64,000 nt of DNA from Vicinamibacterales bacterium (lineage in GTDB: Bacteria > Acidobacteriota > Vicinamibacteria > Vicinamibacterales > CAVVIG01). Positions 9,957 to 20,293 of the stretch are shown here, piece after piece; the first letter of the stretch is position 1, and the number at the start of each line of letters is the position of its first letter. Location of the stretch: NCBI GenBank assembly GCA_965197865.1, contig CBDANZ010000002.1, positions 72,758 to 136,757 on the forward strand. Reading direction: 5' to 3'. Position numbers and translations under genes: made by a program. Under the pieces are notes generated by a model. The model was not told the DNA's origin. It did no database searches and was given only the letters and a program-made list of their open reading frames with translations.

Positions 9957-10988
9957 CTACATCTCTGAGACCGGAACGGGAACCTGCTCGATCAACTCGT
10001 CGACGATGGTGTCGGTGTGGATGCCCTCGGATTCGGCACGGAAGTTCGTCAGCACGCGGTGACGCATCACCGGGTGCGCCAGCGAGCGGATGTCCTCGAA
10101 GCTCACATGATAGCGGCCGCTGCAGAGCGCCCGCGCCTTGGCGCCGAGCACGAGGTACTGCGCAGCACGGACGCTGGCGCCGAACGCCACCCACTTCTTC
10201 ACCGACTCGGGCGCCTGCGGCGATTTCGGCCGGCTCGTACGGACGAGCGACAGCGCGTAGCGCGTCACCGCGTCGGCAATCGGCACGCGGCGGACCAGCC
10301 GCTGGAACGCGATGAGGTCGGCGCCCGTAACCGGACGCAGGAAGTGCGGATCGATAATCGCCGTCGTCGCCCGCACGACCTCCAGCTCCTCGTGTTCCGG
10401 TGGATGGTCAATGATGATGTGGAAGATGAACCGGTCGAGCTGCGCTTCGGGTAGCGGGTAGGTGCCTTCCAGCTCGATTGGGTTCTGCGTCGCGAAGACG
10501 TAGAAGGGTTCGTCGAGCGTGTAGGTCCGCCCCTGGATCGTGACACGATGCTCCTGCATTGCCTCGAGCAGCGCCGACTGCGTCTTTGGCGGCGTGCGGT
10601 TGATCTCATCTGCGAGCACGATGTTGCTGAAAATCGGTCCGGGTGCGAACACCATTTGCCGGCGCCCGGTCGAGGTGTCCTCCTGGATGATGTCGGTTCC
10701 CGTGATGTCGGACGGCATCAGGTCGGGTGTGAACTGGATGCGCGTGAACTTTAGGTCGAGCACGTGCGCCAACGTCTGGACGAGCAGCGTCTTCGCCAGA
10801 CCGGGGACGCCGATGATGATGCTGTTGCCGCCGACGAAGAGCGTCTGCAGCACGAGCTCGATCACCTCGTTCTGTCCGATGATGCGTTTGCCGAGCTCGG
10901 TGATAATGGCCTTGCGCCCGGCGTTCATGCGGTCGGCGAGCGCGATGTCGTCGGCGGATTCGAGATTGAAGGTCTCCTGATCTGCCAC
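9957..10988 (-). CDS. MoxR-family AAA+ ATPase
   Basis: Walker A GVPGLAKT, Walker B VLADEINRTPPKTQSALLEAMQE, and FATQNPIELEGTYPLPEAQLDRF. Confidence 0.92.
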   Translation of the reverse strand: MADQETFNLESADDIALADRMNAGRKAIITELGKRIIGQNEVIELVLQTLFVGGNSIIIGVPGLAKTLLVQTLAHVLDLKFTRIQFTPDLMPSDITGTDIIQEDTSTGRRQMVFAPGPIFSNIVLADEINRTPPKTQSALLEAMQEHRVTIQGRTYTLDEPFYVFATQNPIELEGTYPLPEAQLDRFIFHIIIDHPPEHEELEVVRATTAIIDPHFLRPVTGADLIAFQRLVRRVPIADAVTRYALSLVRTSRPKSPQAPESVKKWVAFGASVRAAQYLVLGAKARALCSGRYHVSFEDIRSLAHPVMRHRVLTNFRAESEGIHTDTIVDELIEQVPVPVSEM

Positions 10989-11121
10989 GATGATTCCTTT
11001 CCACCAAAGACTTGCTCTACAGCGGTCCAGAAATAGCGGACACGCTCCAGTAGTGCGTCATTCCGTACATGATGTAGTTCACGCCGAGCTTGTACGCTTC
11101 GTTCGTCTCGTGAATCGGCCG

Positions 11122-11826
11122 CTACCCCGCCCTCGAGAACTCCCAGTACTCCGAGATATCCGTGTTGTAGTTGATCATCGCCATCATCCGCTTCCTGGGA
11201 TCGTTGTCCTCGAACACTGCGCGAAGAACGGGTCGGCCTAGGTCGTAGTACTGCGGCAGGATATCAAGAGAGTCGATTTCGAAGAAGGAATGAAAAATCT
11301 GATGCGACGCGTCGAGATCGTAGAAGCGGGCGGCTGGAAGCACCCGCCGGAAAGCAGACTCGAACCTGGCCGACCCGCCACGCAGCTCGGCGAAGTCGTC
11401 GAAGATGACGAAGCCGCCCTTCAACAGATAAGCCTGGAATGCGGCAGCCTCCTCGTCGGTAATCGCCCAGAAGCCCGGCTCGGCCATGTAGGCGATGGGG
11501 TGCTGGAAGAGTTCGGGATCGCCGAGCCCCAGGATGCTCGTCTCGACCATCTTCGGTCTGAGGTTGGTGACCCCGTCGAGGATCTGCATGAAGTGCCGCT
11601 CACCGTCCGGGTAATCGTGCGACCAGGGGATGTTCTGCGAGATCACCTGGGTCTTGGGGCCGTAGCGAAGCCGCGTAAACGTGAACTGCCCGTCGTACCG
11701 GGGATTGGGTTGGACCGGAATGCCGAACCCGAGCCGCCTGTCCTGAGTCCAACCGAAGGGCCCGTCCTCAGCGAACGGCGTTGTGGCGCCTGCAAGGAGC
11801 GCCAGCACGACGACCGCCCGTGTCAT
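11122..11826 (-). CDS. DUF4159-like secreted protein
   Basis: Signal peptide MTRAVVVLALLAGATTPFA, plus FTFTRLRY...WSHDYPDGERHF and GGFVIFDDF motifs remembered from DUF4159 proteins that accompany MoxR/BatA clusters. Confidence 0.65.
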   Translation of the reverse strand: MTRAVVVLALLAGATTPFAEDGPFGWTQDRRLGFGIPVQPNPRYDGQFTFTRLRYGPKTQVISQNIPWSHDYPDGERHFMQILDGVTNLRPKMVETSILGLGDPELFQHPIAYMAEPGFWAITDEEAAAFQAYLLKGGFVIFDDFAELRGGSARFESAFRRVLPAARFYDLDASHQIFHSFFEIDSLDILPQYYDLGRPVLRAVFEDNDPRKRMMAMINYNTDISEYWEFSRAG

Positions 11827-12776
11827 TTTCTCGCCTCAAGCTCGCGGATTGCCTTGTCTTTCAGCGCCAGATCGATCAGAAGCTTTTCGAGCTCTAGCTC
11901 GTAGCGCGCCGGGTCTACGCCGTCCTTGCGCTGCCGCAGCTCGCCAATCTGACGCTCGAGCGCGTCACGCTCGTCGACCAGTGCACGCAACGCGGGGTCG
12001 GCGTTCGCCATCTCCGCGGACCGGGACCGCGGCGGGGCGAGAAACTGTGTCGCCGCGAACTTTCCCTGGCTGCCATCGTCGAGCGCAGCGTGCTCGGTCA
12101 GAATGTGGCCGGCCTGCTCGTACGCCGTCGCGACTTTGTTCTTCGCGTAATCGAAGGCTTCGAGCACTGAGACGCGGCCGTTCCTATCGCGGTCGGCGGC
12201 CTCGCCCTCGAGGGCTTCAACGAAGTAGGCGGGGAAGCGCGGTTCGTTCCACTCGCTGCCGGTCCTGGTCGCGGTAATGATCGTCCGTGCCGGTCCGGCC
12301 AGCGCCGAGAGAAACGCGCCGCTCGAGCTGGCCGTGTTGACGAAGACGATGCGCTGGGTGGTGAACTTGTCCAGCAGCTTCGAGTAGTCGGCCGCAGGCA
12401 GATCGGGTCCGGGCAGGTTGAACGCGCCCTGTCGGCCGTCAAACGTACCGTGACCGATCAGCAGGATGAACACCTCGTCGTTCGACTTGGCGCGGACGGC
12501 GAGGTCGGCAAAGGCGCTGGTCACGTTCTCGCGCGTCGAGCGCGCGCGAATGCGCGCGGAATCGAGCTCCGGCTTTTCGGCGAGATAGGCGATGTTGGCC
12601 TCGACGACACCGAGGCGCTTTGCCGCATCGACCACCGTCGTCGCCCACTTGTGGAACTGGGTCGTGTGCGCCTCGTCGCCCCCGACGCCGGTGATGACGA
12701 GGAGGTGAACGTCCTCGGCGGCGGCCCGCCCCGCCTGAAGCCCGAGCAGGGCGGCCACGCCACAACTCGCGATCAT
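11823..12776 (-). CDS. Clan-CD (C13/caspase-fold)-like secreted protein with Ser at the expected Cys position and a C-terminal coiled coil
   Basis: Start chosen at MIASCGVAALLGLQAGRAAA (signal peptide). ILLIGHGTFDG carries the His-Gly dyad. VFVNTASSSGAF lies where the family has xxCxSG. The tail ALERQIGELRQRK...ELELEKLLIDLALKDKAIRELEARK is coiled-coil-like. Confidence 0.55.
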   Translation of the reverse strand: MIASCGVAALLGLQAGRAAAEDVHLLVITGVGGDEAHTTQFHKWATTVVDAAKRLGVVEANIAYLAEKPELDSARIRARSTRENVTSAFADLAVRAKSNDEVFILLIGHGTFDGRQGAFNLPGPDLPAADYSKLLDKFTTQRIVFVNTASSSGAFLSALAGPARTIITATRTGSEWNEPRFPAYFVEALEGEAADRDRNGRVSVLEAFDYAKNKVATAYEQAGHILTEHAALDDGSQGKFAATQFLAPPRSRSAEMANADPALRALVDERDALERQIGELRQRKDGVDPARYELELEKLLIDLALKDKAIRELEARK

Positions 12777-12782
12777 TCGTAG

Positions 12783-12833
12783 GACGGGCCTAATAGGCCC
12801 GCCAGGTCGCGGCCCGGAAAGGGCCGCCCTACC
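12783..12833 (-). repeat. REP-like hairpin doublet
   Basis: The minus strand reads GTAGGGCGGCCCTTTCCGGGCCGC (7-bp stem GCGGCCC/GGGCCGC) followed by GGCGGGCCTATTAGGCCCGTCC. It lies in a 71-nt intergenic gap. Confidence 0.65.
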
Positions 12834-12847
12834 TACTGTGGGCGCCG

Positions 12848-15148
12848 TCACGCCAGGCCTCGTTTCCGTCGATACCCCCAGTCTGCGCCGATGAGCGCGA
12901 CGAGCAGGATCAGGATGGCCGGCATGTCCCAAAGGTCGCGCTCTTCCACCACGGTGACGCCGCGGCCGGTGTAGCTGATCGCCTCGGGCAGCGACGAGCT
13001 CGTTGCCTGGGTGAAGAACCGGCCGCCGGTGTCTTCGGAGATGCGCGTGAGGAGCGACGAGCGCATCACCGCGTCGAAGTACTCGCCGTCGCCCGCGGAC
13101 ACGCGCGCGTGGATCGCGCTTGATCCGAGCTCCTGAAGGCCCTGGTCTCCGGAGCGGACGGCCGTTGCGCGCACGTCGTACATCCCCGGCTCGTCGGGGA
13201 CAAACGAGCTGCGGTATTCGCCGTCACGCGTCACGGTCCACTCCAGCTTCACCTCGCTCACCTTGCCGGAGGGCGAGGTCACCGTGGCCACGACCTGTGC
13301 GTCGTTGACTTCGACAAACGCTGGATCGACGACCTCCACGGTGAGCCTCATGGGCTCGCCCGGTTCGACGCGATCGACCGCCGTCTGGATCGACACCTGA
13401 TCGGGCACGCCGTCCACGAGCCAGCGAACCATCCGGCGCCAGAACATCTCGTGTGTCATATCGTCGACGGCCACCGGCGCGTCCATCTGCCAGAGCCACG
13501 AGTCCTGGATAGGAAGCGCCAGCGCCTTGCCGCGGCCGTATCGCTGGTACGCCAGCACGACATGTTCCCGTCGGTCGTCGTCGTCTCCCGTCCCGGTGAG
13601 CAGCACCGTGGCGCCCGGCTTGACTTGCCACACGGCGTTGACGGCACTCACTTGCGGCATTTCGTCCCAGCGCGCGCGGGATGCCGGTTCGGTGGCGGCG
13701 AGCTGTGTGACCGGATAGGCTGCGCCGGCACGCGTCGGACGAACGGCGAGGTGTGTGAAGAATTCCGCCGCGTCGCCGCGCGCATTGGCCTCAAACTTAA
13801 CCGGGAGCACGTGAGCGACCGGCGTTCCCGCCCATCCACCCTCCGCAAACGACCGCCGTCCGCCGAGCATCAGCAGCCCACCGCCGCGCTTGCTTACGAA
13901 GTCGGCAAGCATTCGCAACTGGTCTGGGGAAAACGACGCCGCTTCGACGCTGCCGAGGATGATCGCGCGGTAGGCGAAGAGCTCCTCGCGCGTCTTCGGG
14001 AAGCCGCCGACGAGCTCTTCGGGGCTGCCAACGCCTATCCGGTAGTACTTGTCTTCAGCCGTCCGCTGGAGCAGCACCACATCGAGGTTCGTGTCGTCTT
14101 CCACGGCCCGGCGGATGAACTTCGGCTCGAAGCGCGGCTCGCCCTCCATATAGAGGACCTTCTCTCGGCGATCGGCAACTTCGACCAGGACGTCGCGCGT
14201 GTTGTTTTGGGTGACCTGCTCGTCGGGTTGCGGCGGCACTCGGAATCTGAACAGCCGCGGCCCCCCGTCCGAGGCCGTGAAGTTGACGCGGACCGTGGCC
14301 GATTCGCCTTCGCTCGGCAGTTTGAGGTCCTGCGTGCTGACGATCCGCCCTTCGTCTTCCACCTGCAGCGACACCGTCTGGCCTCCGTAGCCCGTGTGGG
14401 ACACGACGACGTCGACCGCGAGCGAGGTGCCCTTGAGCGTCGATCGCGGCGTTTCGACGCGCGAGATCTGGATGTCGCGCGCGAAGCGATTCTGACCGAC
14501 GCCGACGGTGAACACCGGGATCGAGCGCGCCTTGAGGTTGGCGATTGGCTCGTCGAGCGATTGGTCCGACGTATCGGCGCCGTCGGTTACCATGACGAGA
14601 CCCGCGAGCGGCAGCCCCGCGAGCTCGTCGCGCGCGCGCTGAAGCGCGGTGCCCAAACGCGTGGACGTGCCGGCGTACTTGAGGTCGGCGACACTGGCCA
14701 ACCGATCGGCGGACGAGGAGAAGCGGAAGAAACGGAGGACGAACCGGTCGGACAGCGCTTCGCGGAGCGGGCCGTCGGGGCCAAACTGCTTCTGTACGAA
14801 GTCGGTACGCGGCAGCCCGTCGCGATCCGCTATCGTCATGCTGCTCGAGTCGTCGATGAGGATGCCGAGAAAGTTCTGCTGCGGCACGGCCGCTCTCAGC
14901 ACGAGCATGGGCTTGAAGAGGCAGAGCACCAATAGGCCGATCACGCCAAGGCGCAGCGCAACCAGCACGACCCGCTCGCGGATCGGCCCTTCGCCCGCGC
15001 CGGCACGATAGGTCACCAGGGCGCCGGCGGCTAGCGCCGCTACGCCGACAAGCGTTAGCGTCGTCGACCGGGACGCGACGAAGGTGAAATCCCCCTGCTC
15101 GAACACCACCCGAGGATACTTGAAGAGAAATTCGAACAGCCAGCCCAT
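12848..15148 (-). CDS. Large membrane protein with a VWA domain
   Basis: N-terminal TM segments (MGWLFEFLFKYPRVVFEQGDFTF...). ILIDDSSSM is MIDAS-like, followed by VMVTDGADTSD. A C-terminal TM segment and RKRG anchor are present. The middle region resembles class-I-amidotransferase-like (DUF1355-type) proteins from memory. Confidence 0.7.
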   Translation of the reverse strand: MGWLFEFLFKYPRVVFEQGDFTFVASRSTTLTLVGVAALAAGALVTYRAGAGEGPIRERVVLVALRLGVIGLLVLCLFKPMLVLRAAVPQQNFLGILIDDSSSMTIADRDGLPRTDFVQKQFGPDGPLREALSDRFVLRFFRFSSSADRLASVADLKYAGTSTRLGTALQRARDELAGLPLAGLVMVTDGADTSDQSLDEPIANLKARSIPVFTVGVGQNRFARDIQISRVETPRSTLKGTSLAVDVVVSHTGYGGQTVSLQVEDEGRIVSTQDLKLPSEGESATVRVNFTASDGGPRLFRFRVPPQPDEQVTQNNTRDVLVEVADRREKVLYMEGEPRFEPKFIRRAVEDDTNLDVVLLQRTAEDKYYRIGVGSPEELVGGFPKTREELFAYRAIILGSVEAASFSPDQLRMLADFVSKRGGGLLMLGGRRSFAEGGWAGTPVAHVLPVKFEANARGDAAEFFTHLAVRPTRAGAAYPVTQLAATEPASRARWDEMPQVSAVNAVWQVKPGATVLLTGTGDDDDRREHVVLAYQRYGRGKALALPIQDSWLWQMDAPVAVDDMTHEMFWRRMVRWLVDGVPDQVSIQTAVDRVEPGEPMRLTVEVVDPAFVEVNDAQVVATVTSPSGKVSEVKLEWTVTRDGEYRSSFVPDEPGMYDVRATAVRSGDQGLQELGSSAIHARVSAGDGEYFDAVMRSSLLTRISEDTGGRFFTQATSSSLPEAISYTGRGVTVVEERDLWDMPAILILLVALIGADWGYRRKRGLA

Positions 15149-15779
15149 GAGTCGTTCCGAAGGTCATTCTACCGTCACAACGTTGCTCGTCGCCACCACC
15201 AACCCGGGCAAGCTTCGAGAGATCGTTGCGCTGCTCAACGGGCCTGGCCTCGAGCTTCGCACGCTCGCCGACTTTCCCCGGCTCGAGCCACCAGAAGAAA
15301 CCGGTCGGACGTTCGCCGACAACGCGCGCGCCAAGGCGCTTTACTACGCCGAGTGGTCGGGACTGCCGACAGTGGCCGAGGACTCGGGCCTCGAAATCGA
15401 CGCGCTCGGCGGAGTCCCCGGTGTCGAGTCGGCCCGATTCGGTGGCGTCGATGCCTCGTACTCTGACAGATTCGCGCTCATCGACGCCGCGCTTCGCGTA
15501 AAGGGAACCCGATCGAGCCAGGCGCGATTCGTGTGTGCGCTGGCGTTGGCCAAAGGGCAGCGTGTCTTGTTCGAGGCGCGAGGGACGGTCGAAGGCCAGA
15601 TTGCCCCGGAGCCGCGAGGGCAGGGCGGGTTCGGCTATGACCCCATCTTCTTCTATCCCCCATTTAGCTGCACGCTGGCGGAGGCCGGCGACCGAAAATC
15701 GACAGTCAGCCACCGCGGCGAGGCATTCCGCAAGCTCAGGGCGTTTCTGAAAGCTCAGGAGTTAAAAGTGAAAAAGTAG
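15147..15779 (+). CDS. rdgB: RdgB/HAM1 non-canonical purine NTP pyrophosphatase
   Basis: LLVATTNPGKLREI, FGYDPIF, AE....K...SHRGEAF. Start chosen at MSRSEG; the ORF track begins at 15084. Confidence 0.9.
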   Translation: MSRSEGHSTVTTLLVATTNPGKLREIVALLNGPGLELRTLADFPRLEPPEETGRTFADNARAKALYYAEWSGLPTVAEDSGLEIDALGGVPGVESARFGGVDASYSDRFALIDAALRVKGTRSSQARFVCALALAKGQRVLFEARGTVEGQIAPEPRGQGGFGYDPIFFYPPFSCTLAEAGDRKSTVSHRGEAFRKLRAFLKAQELKVKK

Positions 15780-15805
15780 AAGGACCACGTGTTTCGTGTC
15801 CTTCT
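15778..15805. terminator. Hairpin between convergent rdgB and rph (bidirectional terminator candidate)
   Basis: AGAAGGACCACG-TGTTT-CGTGTCCTTCT forms an 11-bp stem with one bulge. It starts within the rdgB stop codon. Confidence 0.5.
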
Positions 15806-15825
15806 AAGCTTCCCCCCTTTCACCT

Positions 15826-16554
<729 letters not shown>

Positions 16555-16559
16555 GAGAG

Positions 16560-17114
16560 TTACGGGAGCTTCTTCGTCAGCGGACGACGCAGGTCCACGT
16601 GGCCGGCCAGCGTGTCGAGCTCTTTGCCGTCGACCAGTAACTGGACCACTGTGACAGCCGGCAGGTTGACGACGAGCGCGTCGAACAGCGTGTAAATCGT
16701 CAGGAGCTCGTTCATCGAGCCACCGGGGTGCGCCGTCACCAGCTCGCGGCTCAGATCGACGTAGGCTTCGCCTGTCGCGGTGATGTACAGCGCGCGCAGC
16801 GTCGTGCCCGGCGGAATGGCCGACACGAGCGGCTCGGCTACCGGCGCGATCTGCTCGTTGATGATGGCTTTGGCCTGCTCGGTGGTGTTCTCGCCGAACG
16901 GCACCTCGCGCTCGACGCTCGTAAGCTTGGTGCCGCCCTCCGCCACATAGAACAGATTCACCTTGATTCTCCGGGCCGGCGGCGTGCTCGAGGGTGCCTG
17001 CTGGCGTGCGGCCGACGGACTGTACCACCGCGGCAGGCCCACGAACAAGAGCCAGGCAAGAGAGACGGCTGCCGCGGCGAAGGCCAGCGCCGCGAGAGCC
17101 TTCTGGCGCGGCAT
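16560..17114 (-). CDS. GerMN-domain protein with signal anchor
   Basis: The N-terminus is hydrophobic. [22 protein letters not shown]...[18 protein letters not shown]...[19 protein letters not shown] matches the GerMN pattern. Its ATG overlaps the amidase TGA. Confidence 0.7.
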   Translation of the reverse strand: MPRQKALAALAFAAAAVSLAWLLFVGLPRWYSPSAARQQAPSSTPPARRIKVNLFYVAEGGTKLTSVEREVPFGENTTEQAKAIINEQIAPVAEPLVSAIPPGTTLRALYITATGEAYVDLSRELVTAHPGGSMNELLTIYTLFDALVVNLPAVTVVQLLVDGKELDTLAGHVDLRRPLTKKLP

Positions 17115-18511
17115 CACAGCTCGCCTGCCGTACCGGCCAGGTAGGCTCGGAATCGCACCACCGAATCGAACACGGCCTGCACAAACGAGGTCTGGAACTC
17201 GCCGCTCATCAGGAGTTTCGCCTGGTCGGCGTTGGTGAGATACCCCATCTCGACGAGGATGGCTGGCATATTCGCCGACTCCAGCACGCGGAACGACGCG
17301 CGATCTATCGGTCCGACCTCCAGCGGTACGCGATCGTGGAGCTGTTCTTTGAGAAGGCGACCGAGCTCGGCAGACTGACTGATGTACCGAATCTGCGCCA
17401 AATCCCAGGGCACGACCTCAATATCGCGTACGCCGCCGCCGAACACCGCCACGCGCTCGCGTGCCAGCGCCATCGGCGCCTGCTGGCGATCGTCGAACGC
17501 AGTAACATAGATCGTCGCACCAGTGGCCGAACTGCGCACCGACCCATTCGCATGCAAGCTGATGAACACATCAGCCTTGTTGTTGTTGGCGACCGCCGTC
17601 CGCCGGTCCAGGGGCACGTCGCGATCGTCATCTCTCGTCAACAGTACGCGAATGCCGAGGCGACTTTCGATCGCTGTCTTCAATCGGCGGGCGGCGGCGA
17701 GCGTCAGGTCCTTTTCAACGGCGCCCTCGGCGCTTCTGGCGCCGGCGTCGTCTCCACCGTGCCCCGGGTCGATAGCAATCGTGCGAATGCTGGGTGCGGG
17801 ATCACCGAAGACCGGAAGGTCGACCCTCGGCGGTGGCGCTGGCGCGGAAGGCGACGCGGAGGTAGCCGTGGGGGTCGCCAACACCTCGAGAACCAGCCGC
17901 GTCGTGTTGTCGACCGTCTCGGTCGAAGCTCGAAACGAGGCGAACCGTGGGCCGAGATCCACGGCGACGGTCACCGGATCAATCATGCGAATGGCCTGCA
18001 CCAGGTCCTGAGGCTGGAACGCCGGGATGGTGAAGTCGAGCGCATCGGCCTCGAAGCGGATCACCAGCCGGTTCGTTTCTTGCGTGATCCGGCTCGCCGT
18101 CGACGGCGTGGCATCGATGGTGAGCCGCGTCGCGTTTGCAAGCGGCTCGTACCGTGTCATGATCCGCGGCACCCTGATGTCGCCGATGACTACGAGGTGG
18201 GAAGGCCGGCTGAGGACGAGCCGCGCGTCGTACACTAGCGCGAGCGCACGGTTGATGAACTCCAGCGGCACGACCCAGCGGCCGCCAACGCGCGTCGCCG
18301 GCGCCGGCAGCGAGACCAGACGACCTGCAACCGAGGCGAGCGCCCGATCGGGCGTCAGCACGATCGTCCGGCCGCGGTACGAGACCGTGATCGCGCCCGA
18401 TTCCTCGCGGACGATAAGCTGAAACGCCGATGCGAGATCGTCAAGCGCGACAAACTCCTGATTGCCGACTTGCGTCACCGGGAGCTCCAGGCGGCCTTCT
18501 CGCGAAAGCAA
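17114..18511 (-). CDS. N-acetylmuramoyl-L-alanine amidase (Amidase_3, AmiC-like with AMIN-type N-terminal domains)
   Basis: [24 protein letters not shown] and [11 protein letters not shown] are present. The first canonical start is TTG at 18511, but a signal-peptide-like stretch continues in frame upstream (see findings). Confidence 0.85.
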   Translation of the reverse strand: MLSREGRLELPVTQVGNQEFVALDDLASAFQLIVREESGAITVSYRGRTIVLTPDRALASVAGRLVSLPAPATRVGGRWVVPLEFINRALALVYDARLVLSRPSHLVVIGDIRVPRIMTRYEPLANATRLTIDATPSTASRITQETNRLVIRFEADALDFTIPAFQPQDLVQAIRMIDPVTVAVDLGPRFASFRASTETVDNTTRLVLEVLATPTATSASPSAPAPPPRVDLPVFGDPAPSIRTIAIDPGHGGDDAGARSAEGAVEKDLTLAAARRLKTAIESRLGIRVLLTRDDDRDVPLDRRTAVANNNKADVFISLHANGSVRSSATGATIYVTAFDDRQQAPMALARERVAVFGGGVRDIEVVPWDLAQIRYISQSAELGRLLKEQLHDRVPLEVGPIDRASFRVLESANMPAILVEMGYLTNADQAKLLMSGEFQTSFVQAVFDSVVRFRAYLAGTAGEL

Positions 18512-18605
18512 GGTGAGCGGCGTGCCGGCGCCCTGACCACTCGGGGCGGCGGCTGACAGCGCGAGCCCGAGTGCGGCGGCGGCGAGAAAAGTTCGGGAAA
18601 GGATT

Positions 18606-20291
18606 TTAGTTCCCCGCCGTGCCCAGCGGGGACGGCACGATCGGTGGCTTTTGCAGAATGTCCCGGTTCGGCTGGATCTCGAGTTCCTCGAACAATAGGC
18701 TCGGCGTGATCAGCGACACGGTCACGTCGCCGGAGCGGTAACTCCGTAGTACGCGTTCCTCCGAGGCCTCGAGGATGTTCCTGAACGCCGACGGCGGGAC
18801 GTTGCCAAAACGCAGACCGCGCACCGGCTCTTCTCGACCGTCTGGCGTCACTTTGACAACGTATCGCAGGACTTGGCCGTCGATCCCGCGCACGATGTAG
18901 CCAAACGGCAGGCCGTGCACGTTCAATAGCTCGACGTACTTCTTTTTAAGCTCGGCAGACGGAATGGCCTGCGCGCTTTGTACCTGGATGACACCCGCCT
19001 GGACCCCACTGCCGCGGCCATGGCCGTTAGACTGCGCCAGTCTCCCCTGCGGCGTGCGACCGGTGAGGAGTGTCATCAAGCGACCGTTCTCGACGAGCGA
19101 GACATCTCGTGCCGGCACTCCTTCATCGTCCACGTCGTACGCACCGGGGACCGGCCTTCCGGCGATCCGCGTGAGCGAAGGCGTATCGGTCACCGAGAAG
19201 CCCTCGGCAAACACCCGCAACCCGATGCGCGTGAGGAACGGCGTCACCCGTTCGCGGGCAGCCTGAGCCACTCGGGCGTTGTCGGAATCGGGCGGCCGCT
19301 CTGAGAGCAGGAGGGGAACCAACGCCTGCGCCAAGAACTCGGCGCTCGCCTGGCCTTCGATGAGGACCGGGCCGGTAAACTCCTCGCCGAGCGGCGCGAC
19401 GCGCTGGGCCGTGACGCGCGCAGCGATGCTCCTCGCGCGCGCGATCAACTTGGCTAAGGGAGGCAGATCCTGAAGGCTGTTCTCGGTGAGCCTGAACCTG
19501 TCGCGCAGCATCATGCCGTCAGCCGCCTGTGAATGGGCGGTCAGGACAAGCGACGCCGATCGAATCGGCGCGACGACCTTGAAACCTTCGCTGTTCAAGT
19601 AGTAGCGGGTCCCGCGCGTCTCGGTGGCCGTCACACTGGAGGAATGAAGGTCGGGACTCGCCGCGAAGGCGCCGGAAATCTTTCGGACGCGGTCGACCCA
19701 TTCCGAGCTCGAGGGAACCGCCGCCACGGGCGGGAGCAGGGTCTGCGCCGGCGTTTCGCGGGAGAAGTCCGGAATGGCCTCGGTGCCGTTGCGATTTTGG
19801 AACGCGGCGTTCTTTCTGGCGAACACGTTGACGGCGCGCTTATACGAGGTGTCGGTCGCGATCCAGATCTCTCGCCGTATGGCGTCGTAGTCGTCGTCGA
19901 GCGGTAGGGTCGTCGCGGCATCTCCTCGTGGAGACGCCCTGCGGCGGCCGTGCGTGACGAACCGGGAGCTGTCGAAGCGGTAGTCACCGACCCGAACCTC
20001 GACGCTCAGCACGCGCGCCCGGATGGCCGGATCGTTGATGGCGATGGCTCCGAGGCGCGCCGAGACGCGCATGGTCGTCGTGTCGTCGACTTGGTACGCG
20101 ACGAAGTAAGGCGGCGGTTCGTCCTTCACGCGCAGGCCGCTCATCGATCGTGACAGCTCATCCTGCATCGCCGCAAGAATGGGCGACTCTTCCGCGCGTG
20201 ACGCGGACGCCGTCAGGAGTATGAGCGCCACGCCAGCGACGGCCGGAACGTAGCGCGGCCCTTTGACGGCCTCGAGCGATCGCCCGCGCAT
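18606..20291 (-). CDS. TldE/PmbA-like member of the TldD/PmbA family, with signal peptide and no HExxxH
   Basis: Start chosen at MRGRSLEAVKGPRYVPAVAGVALILLTASASRA. Family-like C-terminal region (GVPARDVSLVENGRL...NGHGRG). No metal-binding motif was seen. Confidence 0.75.
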   Translation of the reverse strand: MRGRSLEAVKGPRYVPAVAGVALILLTASASRAEESPILAAMQDELSRSMSGLRVKDEPPPYFVAYQVDDTTTMRVSARLGAIAINDPAIRARVLSVEVRVGDYRFDSSRFVTHGRRRASPRGDAATTLPLDDDYDAIRREIWIATDTSYKRAVNVFARKNAAFQNRNGTEAIPDFSRETPAQTLLPPVAAVPSSSEWVDRVRKISGAFAASPDLHSSSVTATETRGTRYYLNSEGFKVVAPIRSASLVLTAHSQAADGMMLRDRFRLTENSLQDLPPLAKLIARARSIAARVTAQRVAPLGEEFTGPVLIEGQASAEFLAQALVPLLLSERPPDSDNARVAQAARERVTPFLTRIGLRVFAEGFSVTDTPSLTRIAGRPVPGAYDVDDEGVPARDVSLVENGRLMTLLTGRTPQGRLAQSNGHGRGSGVQAGVIQVQSAQAIPSAELKKKYVELLNVHGLPFGYIVRGIDGQVLRYVVKVTPDGREEPVRGLRFGNVPPSAFRNILEASEERVLRSYRSGDVTVSLITPSLLFEELEIQPNRDILQKPPIVPSPLGTAGN

Positions 20292-20293
20292 GG

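Noticed and set aside
13451-14935. Long plus-strand ORF (494 aa) and other long ORFs antisense to confident genes. Examples are 14055..15713, 26482..27513, 16994..18238, 44901..46109, 50304..51518, 51549..52694, 40127..41302, 61340..62515 and 62811..63995.
   Set aside because: Their composition is Arg/Gly/Pro/Ala-rich and typical of out-of-frame or antisense reading of high-GC genes. No recognisable motifs are present. Each is fully covered by a gene with clear family signatures on the other strand or frame.
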